A stretch of 63,590 nt of DNA, the filler included, from Licmophora abbreviata (lineage: Eukaryota), in NCBI GenBank assembly GCA_900291995.1. It is 6 parts of 6 records of this genome, joined end to end, with 100 filler letters (N's around TTAATTAATTAA, not from the genome) between each part and the next. Parts side by side here need not be neighbours in the genome. Positions count along the whole stretch, not along the records: positions 24,554 to 50,710 come from OLMU01000302.1; positions 50,811 to 62,192 come from OLMU01000303.1; 4 more parts are not named here. One strand, written 5' to 3'. The notes beneath the pieces are model-generated. The model did no database searches. It was given only the letters and a program-made list of their open reading frames with translations, and was not told the origin of the DNA. How positions within the stretch are numbered: position 1 is the first letter of the stretch; every line of letters starts with the position of its first letter. A program made the translations under genes and the position numbers. This document shows positions 46,825 through 56,461 of this stretch, one piece after another.

Positions 46825-46834
46825 CGCGCCAAAA
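46825..46834. promoter_or_regulatory. Candidate E2F site TTTTGGCGCG about 36 nt upstream of the SMC4 ATG
   Basis: Consensus match; CGCG/ACGCGT motifs also lie at about 46971-46985. Confidence 0.45.
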
Positions 46835-47100
46835 ATTCTGATGCCGAGGCAGCGGATTTGAGTTCAAATTAATGCATATCCTCAAGGATGAATAATGATA
46901 CAATGTCATGATACAAACTGACGTATTCGACTGATTCGACTCGTAGTGCGCGCCATCACCCGTCCGTGTCCCGCGTTTCACGCGTTAACTTTCTGAAAGA
47001 CGAAAGACAACATCTTTCGAAACAGACAACAATGAGACGAAGCGACGATGAGGTTTGTCACACTTCATAGTGAACATGACCGCTGATCTTCTCGAAAACA

Positions 47101-49217
47101 ATGAAGTTTATTAAAGCTGAAGCGTTCTTGCGCTGGAAATCGATCCCGCGATGCCAGGATGCCCCCGAATCGGAATTCTGGCAGTCTCTAGAGGAGTTTG
47201 GTTACGTGGTTGCTCTCACGCATCGATGGGAGACGGCGGAGCATCCGGATCCAACTTCGGAGCAGCTACGGGAAGCCAAACGGCGATTGCGGGCGCTCAT
47301 CACGGCTGAGACTCATCCTGCGGTGCTTATTGACAGCCTCCGCTATTGCTGTGTCCGGGAGGATCCGGAGCGACCGTCGCGGCGAACTCATGAGAAAGGA
47401 CCGCTGGATGTGTCAAATGTGGGCGTCTTTTACGACTTCTGCTCCATGCCGCAAAAGCCACGAACGAAACAAGAGGAAGAAACTTTTCGTCGCGATCTCG
47501 ATCAAACGAACAAGTTATTCGCCACGGGAGCGGTGCTGGTTCTCACTGATACGGCCCATGACTACATGGCTCGGGCTTGGTATGTATGCGTGATGTAGTA
47601 TGGAAGGTTTCGACATGAACGAATTACGCTTTTCTCAAAGCGTTTCTTGCATTGTCACAGGTGTTTCTTGGAATATCTGATCGCAATAGTTACTGGGTCT
47701 TTGGTTATTCAGGAAGATCAATCGAAACTGCAAGATGAGACAATGAAATCGATTCGCCACATTTTGGAAGAGAGGCACCACCATGACGACTCGATTCTTA
47801 TTGCGGGTGACGGTGCAGATCGATCCGACCAGATGGCCTCGCGCAATTTCTTTTTGGCACGGGTACTTCGCAAGCTCATTTCCGGCTTGGAGATTACCAA
47901 CAAGAGTGACAAGAGCATTGTGTATGTCATCATGATGAGGTTCTTCGATAGCCTTGCACGACCAGAGGACGATGCGGCAGAGATGGAGCTGTCAGAACGA
48001 TTGTCCCAGAGTTCAAAATACAAGTACCTGTACAGCGCTCCACCAGAATTGCTACAGAAGTGGGTCGATGAGAAAATCATGAATGCGAGCACTTCTCAGG
48101 GTGAGGTGGAGCAAAGCTTCAATCTTGAATTCGATCACCTCGAGTTTATCGATCATGCTGTCGGGAGTTGGAAACAGCAAGAGGGGGAGCCAAAATCACC
48201 GAGAAGACTCGAACAGGCAGGAAGCGGGGTAGACCTCATCTCGGGGGAATCAATGGGGTCGCGTTCTTCATCGCGAGTCTATTTCTCCCCGTAGCCAGAG
48301 CCGTGGAAGCCGTGGAGGGCAAGATTTGGAAGCACGAAGTCCCATTCGCTCTCGGATTGTTGCTCATGTGGATACTAAGGGAGACAGTGCCTCGACGGCA
48401 GTCGAACATCGTCGTCCAGAGGATTATGTTCAATCACTGGTTGGCGATCGGGCTGAACGTGCTGGCTGACATCTACTCGGGGACAGTGGTTATTCTGGCG
48501 TTGGCTCTCAACTACCATGAAGGCATGCAGCTATCCCTATCATTGTCCGTTCTCTCAGCAGTACTTTTCACAAGAGCGTTTCTAGAAGGAGACAGGTATG
48601 TTGGAGGAGCAAAGAAACACATGCTCCAACAATTGCTTCAGGCCGATAAGCTGCGCTTCGGCAAAGTACAAGGCAAGATAAGGCTCAGTGTAAAGTATGG
48701 ATACTCTCGGGGCCCCGACACTGGGCCAGGCAGCTGGACGCTCGTCGATAGCGTTGTTCCGCCGACGCAGAAGGACTGGGGTATAAGCTGCCGACTCGAT
48801 CCTGAAGCCCAAGAGCGCTTGAGAAAGTTTCTTCGGGGCATCTCACCGTATAGCGCAGATCTCATGGGTGATGTGCTTTGTGGATGGCTTGCACGGCCTG
48901 ACACGAAAGTTGACTACGACTCCGACGACGATTGCCCGCTGGCAGCCAAAGGCTCCCTGACGTATGGCCTCCGAGGCTCGCGAGGCAATCGCATTCTCAA
49001 GGAAGGTGCGACAAGCAACCTAAGGTACGCGTTGAACAACGACCGGGCGGGCGTGTACCGAGTCTGGGCCTTGGAATACGAGCCTTCACTTGATTGGCTT
49101 TTGGGCATTCTAGCCGAGGTAGTGGAGGAAGCTAATTCCGAGAAAGAGCAAATACTTCTCTTGGAACGGAAGATGGCAACGTTGAGCAGTCCGAAGACAA
49201 AAAGACAGGACAAATAG
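47101..49217 (+). CDS. HET (heterokaryon-incompatibility/TIR-like) domain protein, probably fused to a multi-TM C-terminal region; intron 47580-47660, apparent frameshift near 48245
   Basis: VVALTHRWETAEHPDP, VFYDFCSMPQKPRT...F, YMARAW|CFLE are HET-like motifs. The overlapping ORF 48168-49217 with about 4 hydrophobic segments joins if one G is added to the G run at 48243-48247. Confidence 0.7.
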
Positions 49218-49528
49218 GGGGTGCCAAATGGAAGCGATCGCCGGGAGATTGGTAACGCGATGAAGGGACCATGTGCTGAGAGCGAGAGATCAAATAACCT
49301 GAATGCCTAGACCGCCCTTGTGAAAGCTTGTTATCTCAAGGCGCATTGGCGTCGTAGGAAGGAAACTTAAGACTTGTGCGACAGCCTGATTAAATTCTAC
49401 GGTACTAGTGTTTGCGATCTTGTATATACTAGGGCTACTACAAGTGCGCAGTTACGGCCCTCGTGGTGTGTTCATCGGCAGTCCATTTTCTGGACGCTTC
49501 ATCTTGCCTCTTTGCGTGTCTCTTTCTC

Positions 49529-50593
49529 TCATCTGCGATATCGATCCCTCAAGAACAAAAAGGTGCGCTCGGTAAAGAACAAGACCGAAACCGCTCCCCA
49601 TCCGTCCGTCAAGAAGCCCCACCAGCCAGACAGACTTCCAAACATGGACTGACCAGATATGGGATTGTATGTCGTCTTGCTCACGAGCGGATCCGCGAAT
49701 TCAAAGCCCATGACAACGACAGAGTCGGAAACTCCAAACGTGAGTGCCGGCGGGCTGAACGCCATGGCGGTGGTCGATGGGTTCCACTTGAGCAGTGTCT
49801 GATCGCAGTTGGGCGCATTCTGAATCTCGCTGCGCGTCAAGCGAACAATCGTACCCTGACCACCAGACGCCACAAACGGATCAAAGGATAGGGCAGTGAT
49901 ATCTTCGGGGCAGTCCTCAAATGACGGGGCTAAACTCTGACACCTCGGAGCATCCTCGAAACAGAAGGACTCGGCAATCAATTCACCGGAACCTGGGGTA
50001 AAGAGATACCCATCAATACCTGCAAACAGTGTCTTATTTGAATAACTGTCCAAGTTGATGTCCACAGCAATCTCAATAGCGTTGGCTCCACTGCAGGCTT
50101 TCGGGTTGTCGGGATCAGATTGAAAGGCGGGAAACTGTCCATCGAGTAAGAGGCAACTACTCAAGCTGTCGTCTTCGCAATCGAGAGTTCGCACCTGATC
50201 AGTAATATCAATTCGATTTCCCTCTACTCCTAGATCCTCATCGTACACTGCGGAGAGTAGATCGATAGGCGCCACCCCGTCCCGATTGCAAATGACGAAC
50301 CCAGGAAAGAGCTGGTTGACTTCCTTGTTAATTTTGGTGGACGTGGGAGGATCGTTTTGCTGATCGATGAAATCCTGGGTTATAATGACCGCCATATAAA
50401 TAAAGACTGCCATGGAAGCGGCGTACGCTACTAGATTGAATGCGAAGAAAGGAGCTCGGGGCTCTTGAAAGTAGGATCCGTCGCTGGCGGCGTACCAGCG
50501 TTCTTTACCGTCGTCGTCGTTCTCATTGTAGACTCCGATTCCATGATCGAGCTTTTCGGGTGTCATCGGGGTCTCTTGTTCTTCCTCCTGCAT
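49529..50593 (-). CDS. Two-TM channel of the PAC/TMEM206 - DEG/ENaC structural superfamily
   Basis: Intronless 354 aa; TM1 (FFAFNLVAYAASMAVFIYMAVIITQDF), about 210-aa Cys-containing loop, TM2 near the C-terminus; motifs DF...P..S....KEV...FPGFVICN, LLS, FAGIDGYLF, SGG..T.V.L, FEFADP. Confidence 0.7.
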   Translation of the reverse strand: MQEEEQETPMTPEKLDHGIGVYNENDDDGKERWYAASDGSYFQEPRAPFFAFNLVAYAASMAVFIYMAVIITQDFIDQQNDPPTSTKINKEVNQLFPGFVICNRDGVAPIDLLSAVYDEDLGVEGNRIDITDQVRTLDCEDDSLSSCLLLDGQFPAFQSDPDNPKACSGANAIEIAVDINLDSYSNKTLFAGIDGYLFTPGSGELIAESFCFEDAPRCQSLAPSFEDCPEDITALSFDPFVASGGQGTIVRLTRSEIQNAPNCDQTLLKWNPSTTAMAFSPPALTFGVSDSVVVMGFEFADPLVSKTTYNPISGQSMFGSLSGWWGFLTDGWGAVSVLFFTERTFLFLRDRYRR

Positions 50594-50710
50594 TGTGTTA
50601 TTGTGTGCAGGTGTGCTTCGCTTGAACTCTATGCTCTCTACTCCTTCCCGACATCGAATGCGAGGGCTCTTGATGATGGGTGTGTGTGTGTGGCGTGACG
50701 CGACGTGACG

Positions 50711-50810
50711 NNNNNNNNNNNNNNNNNNNNNNNNNNNNNNNNNNNNNNNNNNNNTTAATTAATTAANNNNNNNNNNNNNNNNNNNNNNNNNNNNNNNNNN
50801 NNNNNNNNNN
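50711..50810. other. Assembly gap with TTAATTAATTAA linker
   Basis: 100-nt N/linker/N block. Confidence 0.97.
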
Positions 50811-50962
50811 AACCAGAAAGCTGGAAAGTACATCAGACTTCACGAAACACGCACGCCCTGCGCGGGAACAGTTTCGAAAGGGGATCTCCGGCTCATCGTC
50901 GCAAGTTCGCTTGAGCAGGCACCAGAGAGACGGAGTTCAACAGCCTTTCAGTGGCTCTCACA

Positions 50963-52753
50963 ATGTATCCTTGCTTCTATTACAATCCTGGTTTTTCCCG
51001 TTTTGCTTTGCTGGTCTTCCTGTTCGCCCTATACCCTTCCTCTGAAATTTGCTTTGCAAGCGGCCTCGTCGTCTTCATGAGTACATCGGCGTCGTCTGCT
51101 ACTTCTGCTGCTGCTACGCCAGCGACTGCTGCAGTCATTCCCATGGACAAACTGGCCAACCATGCCAATTCCTACGCTTCTGCGCGTGGATTGCAGATTG
51201 AAAAGCGCACCGACAGCGGAGTCTCCACCTACGAGTGCGCTCCCATTTCACTGCTGCCGAATGCCTACCCAAGGTATGCCTTTGCCCAAGCCCAATCACT
51301 CGCCGCTCCTTTCAACCTATTGGTCGACCGTATCAGTCGGGACGGGGCCTTCTTGAAAGAGACTTTAGGTGGCGGTGTGAGTGAGGCGGATCCGTTTACG
51401 GGAAAGCTGCTGCAGCTCTATCTCGACATTTACGTGAGTGAGGACGAGGCTGGCAATAGGTTTGCTCGATCCGCCGACCGACTTGGAATTCAACGAAGTG
51501 ACTACATGCTGAATTCGAACGAAGCAGCTGGCGTGTATGAACTCAAACAGGTCGAACTGAATACAATCGCATCCTCCTTCGCGGGCCTCTCGGTTCAGGT
51601 CGCGTCGCTGCATCGGCACCTGGTGTCCCGGTATGCTTCCGATGTCGAACCATTCCTTTTGGCCAACAAGCAAGTCGTCGCCAAGAAGAAAGAGGACGAT
51701 GACACTATCCTGTCTCTGGATGATTCGGATGGCATTCCCGAAAATCCTGCACTCTTGAATCTTCCAAAGGCTATATCTTGTGCTTACGATCACTATATGG
51801 CGCGCCATGCCAATTCTCCTTGCAAGAACCATCCGCAGCAACCCGTCGTCTTGTTTGTCGTGCAGGATACGGAAACCAACACGGTCGATCAGCGCATGCT
51901 CGAATTTGCCTTGTGGGAACAACACCGAGTCCCCGTGGTACGGATGTCTCTTACAAAAGCTCACACCAAGCTGGAACTCGACGACGCCAACGGAATATTG
52001 TCCATCATCCTGGACGAAGAGGAATCCGACAAGCGACTGGAAGTGGCGGTCCTGTATTATCGTGCGGGATATGCACCAACCGACTATCCTGATGGCTACG
52101 ATGGCATTGAATGGCAGGCACGTGAAAGGATGGAACGCTCTCGAGCGACCAAGTGCCCCTCGCTGGGTTATCACTTGGCTGGAACTAAGAAGGTACAACA
52201 AGAACTGGCGCGGCCGGGGACGCTCGAACGATTCTTTCCCGACGACGACACGGAAGGAGCATCCATGGTGAAAAACATGCGAAGCGCCTTTGCCGGATTG
52301 TATAGTCTCGGAGAAGATGCGACTCGAGAAGATCTTGCGGCGGTCAGCGACGCACTCGATGGCGGCGACGGGCGTTACGTTCTCAAACCACAGCGCGAGG
52401 GCGGCGGATACAACTACTACGGAGAACGCCTGGCCACCAAGCTTCGCGAAAACAGTATCGAAGGCGGCCAAGACGAAACCCTGACGTTGGGTGAAAAACT
52501 GGCCGAGTTCATCTTGATGGAACGGCTGTTTCCCCCAAAGCAAGAAGCAATGTTGTTGCGTTCCGGGAAAGTCGAAGGGACGGGTGAGAGTATTTCCGAA
52601 CTCGGTTGCTTCGGTGCCATTGTCGCGAACAGTGAGGGTGAGGTATTGCACAATGAGTACGCGGGCTTTCTCCTACGAACCAAGTTTAGCAATGTTGACG
52701 AAGGTGGTGTCGCATCAGGCTTCGCGACTTTGTCGAGTCCGTTCCTCTGCTAG
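50963..52753 (+). CDS. GSS: Glutathione synthetase, eukaryotic type
   Basis: APISLLP, LGIQRSDYML, KQVELNTIASSFAGL, YYRAGYAPTDY, HLAGTKKVQQELA, VLKPQREGGGYNYYG, ISELG, GFLLRTK...EGGVASGF. Confidence 0.97.
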   Translation: MYPCFYYNPGFSRFALLVFLFALYPSSEICFASGLVVFMSTSASSATSAAATPATAAVIPMDKLANHANSYASARGLQIEKRTDSGVSTYECAPISLLPNAYPRYAFAQAQSLAAPFNLLVDRISRDGAFLKETLGGGVSEADPFTGKLLQLYLDIYVSEDEAGNRFARSADRLGIQRSDYMLNSNEAAGVYELKQVELNTIASSFAGLSVQVASLHRHLVSRYASDVEPFLLANKQVVAKKKEDDDTILSLDDSDGIPENPALLNLPKAISCAYDHYMARHANSPCKNHPQQPVVLFVVQDTETNTVDQRMLEFALWEQHRVPVVRMSLTKAHTKLELDDANGILSIILDEEESDKRLEVAVLYYRAGYAPTDYPDGYDGIEWQARERMERSRATKCPSLGYHLAGTKKVQQELARPGTLERFFPDDDTEGASMVKNMRSAFAGLYSLGEDATREDLAAVSDALDGGDGRYVLKPQREGGGYNYYGERLATKLRENSIEGGQDETLTLGEKLAEFILMERLFPPKQEAMLLRSGKVEGTGESISELGCFGAIVANSEGEVLHNEYAGFLLRTKFSNVDEGGVASGFATLSSPFLC

Positions 52754-53020
52754 AGTATTGTCAACTGTCATCGGTCGTACACGTCGTTGATCTTATCGGT
52801 ACTGTATGTTAGTACGGAGCGTCGATACATTGGCGGATCTATAGCTATGCTATGTCGCATCTTTTGTGGTAGTCTACGATGGAATCATCATTGAAAGATG
52901 TAAAGCTATAGAGAGAATCCGTATCTTCTATCATCTCTGTCGCCGCTATATCCAATGCACCAGTCCCAAGTAGTTCCAACCATCACACATGCGATACTCC
53001 ACCACACACACACAATCACT

Positions 53021-54736
53021 CTAAAGATCCGAAAACTGGTCCGGATCCGGCTTGCCAATGGAGTGAACCTCGAATCCAATCTTTCGCAATGCACCAGCGT
53101 CGACCAAGTTTCGTCCATCAAAGACAAATGCCGGTTTGGCCATGGAATCAAAGATACGCTGGTAGTCCAACGTCTTGAACTCGTCCCATTCCGTCAAGAC
53201 ACAGAATGCATGGGCGCCATCGCATGCTGCATACGCATCGGTCTCCGTCACGATCGACTCCTCCAGACCTGGCGTATTGGCATGGTTGACTCCGCATGTG
53301 TAGTCCATCTCGGTCCACATGTCGTCACGATCGACCTGAGGGTCGTAAATGTGAATTTTGGCTTGTTCTTGCAACAAGTCACGGACGATGAACATGGCCG
53401 GCGTCTCTCGGACATCGCCCGTATCCTTCTTGAAGGCGTATCCCATAATTGCAATCTTCTTTCCCGTGACGGTGTTGAACATTTTGGAGACAATCTTTTC
53501 AGAGAAACGTTTCTTCTGGTAGTCATTCATGAGAATGACTTGATTCCAGTAGTCCGCGCATTCGTTGAGTCCGTACGTCTGACAGAGATAGACCAAGTTG
53601 AGAATGTCCTTCTGGAAGCACGAGCCACCGAATCCGACCGAGGACATGAGGAAGCGCTTGCCGATGCGATCGTCCATGCCGACGGCGCGACTGATTTCCG
53701 ACACGTCGGCTCCAGTCGCCTCACAGAGAGCGGAGATGGAGTTGATGGAAGAAACGCGCTGCGCGAGGAAAGCGTTGGCGACCAGCTTGGAGAGTTCGGA
53801 GGACCACAAGTTGGTGGTGAGGATCTGCTCGTGAGGAACCCAGTGGGCGTAGACGGAAACGAGTGTCTCGGCCGCCTTGAGTCCTTCGGGGGACTGCTGT
53901 CCTCCAATAAGGACGCGGTCGGGAGCCATGAGATCCTTGATGGCGGTACCCTCGGCAAGGAACTCAGGATTACTGAGAACCTGGAAGTTGAGTCCCTTTT
54001 CGTTGACCTTAAGGACGCGCGTAATGGCCTGTGCGGTACGGACTGGGACGGTACTCTTTTCGACGACAATCTTGTCCGATGTGGAGACTTCTGCGATCTT
54101 GCGAGCACAGAGTTCGCAGTTTTTGATATTTGCGGCACGTCCTGCTCCAATACCCTGGGTCTTGGTGGGAGTGTTGACAGAAATGAAGATGATATGCGCA
54201 TCCTCAATCTCCTTGTCAATATCCGTGGAAAAGAAGAGGTTCTTCCCACGACACTCTTGGACGACGTCGAGAAGGCCCGGCTCGTAGATGGGGAGACTGT
54301 CGCTGTTCCAAGCATCGATCTGCTTCTGAGAAAGGTCCACAACGCAGACACGGATCTGTCAAGAAGGAAGAACAAATAGGGCAATGAAAGTGGGGAAAAG
54401 GGGGCGGAGTCAGAAAATAATCTCTTGACAAGGGTCGCTCCGAACGCAGCGAGCGTGCCACATATGTGAGCGTATCTTCTTCTGCAGAGAACGAGGTACA
54501 TTCTGTCCTCTGTTCGCAGACACACGCATCGCAAGGAGACACATGGCCAGAATGGATCGCTTCCGTTGCATTGCCGTGGCACGAGTGGTTCAGTCGAAAG
54601 AAAAATGAGCCGCACATGCTGTATACAGGACGTCAGGACACCTCACCTGAGGACACTGCTTGGCAATGACAGCCATGGTCGGGCCTCCGACATAGCCAGC
54701 GCCCATGCAACAGATCTTGAGTTTCCATTCGCTCAT
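53021..54736 (-). CDS. UGD: UDP-glucose 6-dehydrogenase; intron 54356-54646
   Basis: Exon 1 [87 protein letters not shown]. Confidence 0.98.
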
Positions 54737-55241
54737 GATGAATGATTAGAATGACGATGAAGGAGGAATCAAAATTGTAAGGACAATCGTGATCCAAACA
54801 AGAGTGCCAACGCAAGCAAGCAAAAAGTGTCGTCAACCCGTGACTGCGCTCCCGCTGGCTGATGCTGTGGGTGTGCGTGTGTTGTCGCGATTGATGACGA
54901 TGGATGGATTTGTGACCGTCAGAATGACTCTTTCGTTCAATTTCTGCGTGGTGGCAGTACCAGTGACGTGCCTATCCATTGCTGTCAATCAAAACATGCC
55001 TGATTCCTTTTATTGATGGTTCGAGCTCGTGGAAGAGGACCCGAGCTCAAACAAACGAGTCGAGTGAGTCGACTTGAGTCGAATGAATCTGATGGAGACA
55101 CCGCGACGAGAGCGAGACGGGATGATCTGATCTCTCCATGGGATTGTTTTTCTGCGTCGTCGGCGGTGCTTTCGTCGTCGTTCATGAATCTCACAGGAAC
55201 AAGGATGGAAAGAAGAAGACTTTTTTGTGAGAATCGTACGC

Positions 55242-56314
55242 ATGGGAACCACATCTTCGTCACTTGACTCTGCTACTGCAATGCCATCGCCTCCTTCTCA
55301 TCATCATCAAGCCACTACTGGTACTGGAGCCTCTCCATTGCAAGAAGACGTGTCGACCAGTGGAGATCAACTGAAATCCATCCGAAAGAGAGGACCATCG
55401 CCACCCATGCTTTTCAAACGAGAAATTGCAAAGAAACAGAAACCAGACAACGAGAGTCTCCCCATTGTACGACACGGCAGGGCACACTTCACGCTTGGCC
55501 CCCGCATCGCCTTGCGTCTCACGTGCCATGTGTGCAACGGTATCTTTCGCGATCCCTATACCATTCCTGAATGCCTCCACACCTTTTGCAAGACTTGCTT
55601 ATTTCAACACTTGGATCGTCAAGGCGAAGAAGCTCGCCTTGCCTACGCATGTCCTCAGTGCTTGCTTCCTCTCACGACGGCGGATCCCTACGAGTACGCG
55701 ATGCCCGACCGAGTGTTGCAAGAGCTTGTGGATGATAAGCACTTGTTTCCGGCCTATCGGTTGGAAGAGGAAGCGACGGAGCGTATGTTTTATGCCGAAC
55801 GCAACATTGCTCGGAAGGCCGAGGTTCTCGAGGAGAACACTGTTGTCAAAGGCTCACCAGATAACCGTCTTGCGACGACGATGGTAAATGTCTCTCTCCA
55901 CCTTGGGCGCCTCGTAATATACTTGGGCATTTCTCTTTCTCACGTTTCCAAATCTTTCTCTAGGACGCACTTGCAGACGACGACGACGAGCTGGAGTTCG
56001 AGCTACGACCCGATCGTCGTGCGCGACCTCCGTTTGCCATGCCGCCATTGCTTCGGCCCAAAATCAAGTGCTCCAGACGCGTTCGCGTCAGTTCCATCAA
56101 GAAATACCTATGGAAGAAACTACTGTCATCGCAGCATGAACGTCCGCTTGTAGCACATTATTCGATTGAGCTGTTTTGTTTAGAGAGTCCCGTTGGCAAC
56201 GAACTGACGCTCGCCTTTATCGATCGAACCGTTTGGTTGGACGCCAAGGACTCGATGCTGATCACCTATCGATATTCAAGAGACGCCGATTTAGCAGCCA
56301 TTGTTGTGGAATAG
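55242..56314 (+). CDS. Polycomb group RING finger (PCGF/Psc/BMI1/DRIP-like) with RAWUL domain; intron 55884-55963
   Basis: LTCHVCNGIFRDPYTIPECLHTFCKTCL...CPQC...PDRVLQELV; C-terminal IKCSRRVRVSSIKKYLWKKL...IELFC...ELTLAFI...W...ITYR (RAWUL-like). Confidence 0.85.
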
Positions 56315-56461
56315 AAAGTGAGTAATAGGAGGACGAAACTATCATAAGCAAAAGGTTCTGACAATGTCAAAGCCTACAGTTTAAATGCATAACATCCATA
56401 TTGGCCACAATCCGTTCAACAAATAGTAGAGTAGCAACGTGTGTATATGATGACGTTCCTA

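Noticed and set aside
8960..48250. Multiple frameshifts (about 8975, 18730, 35422, 36458, 45205, 48245) suggesting programmed frameshifting or pseudogenes
   Set aside because: All fall in homopolymer runs, mix insertions and deletions, share no slippery motif, and one hits the essential SMC4. Pyrosequencing-type error is the simplest explanation; raw reads are needed to confirm.
52955..54379. 474-aa plus-strand ORF antisense to UGD (likewise 51365-52651 opposite GSS and the long ORFs opposite SMC4)
   Set aside because: Shadow ORFs produced by codon bias of well-conserved genes on the other strand; no recognisable motifs.
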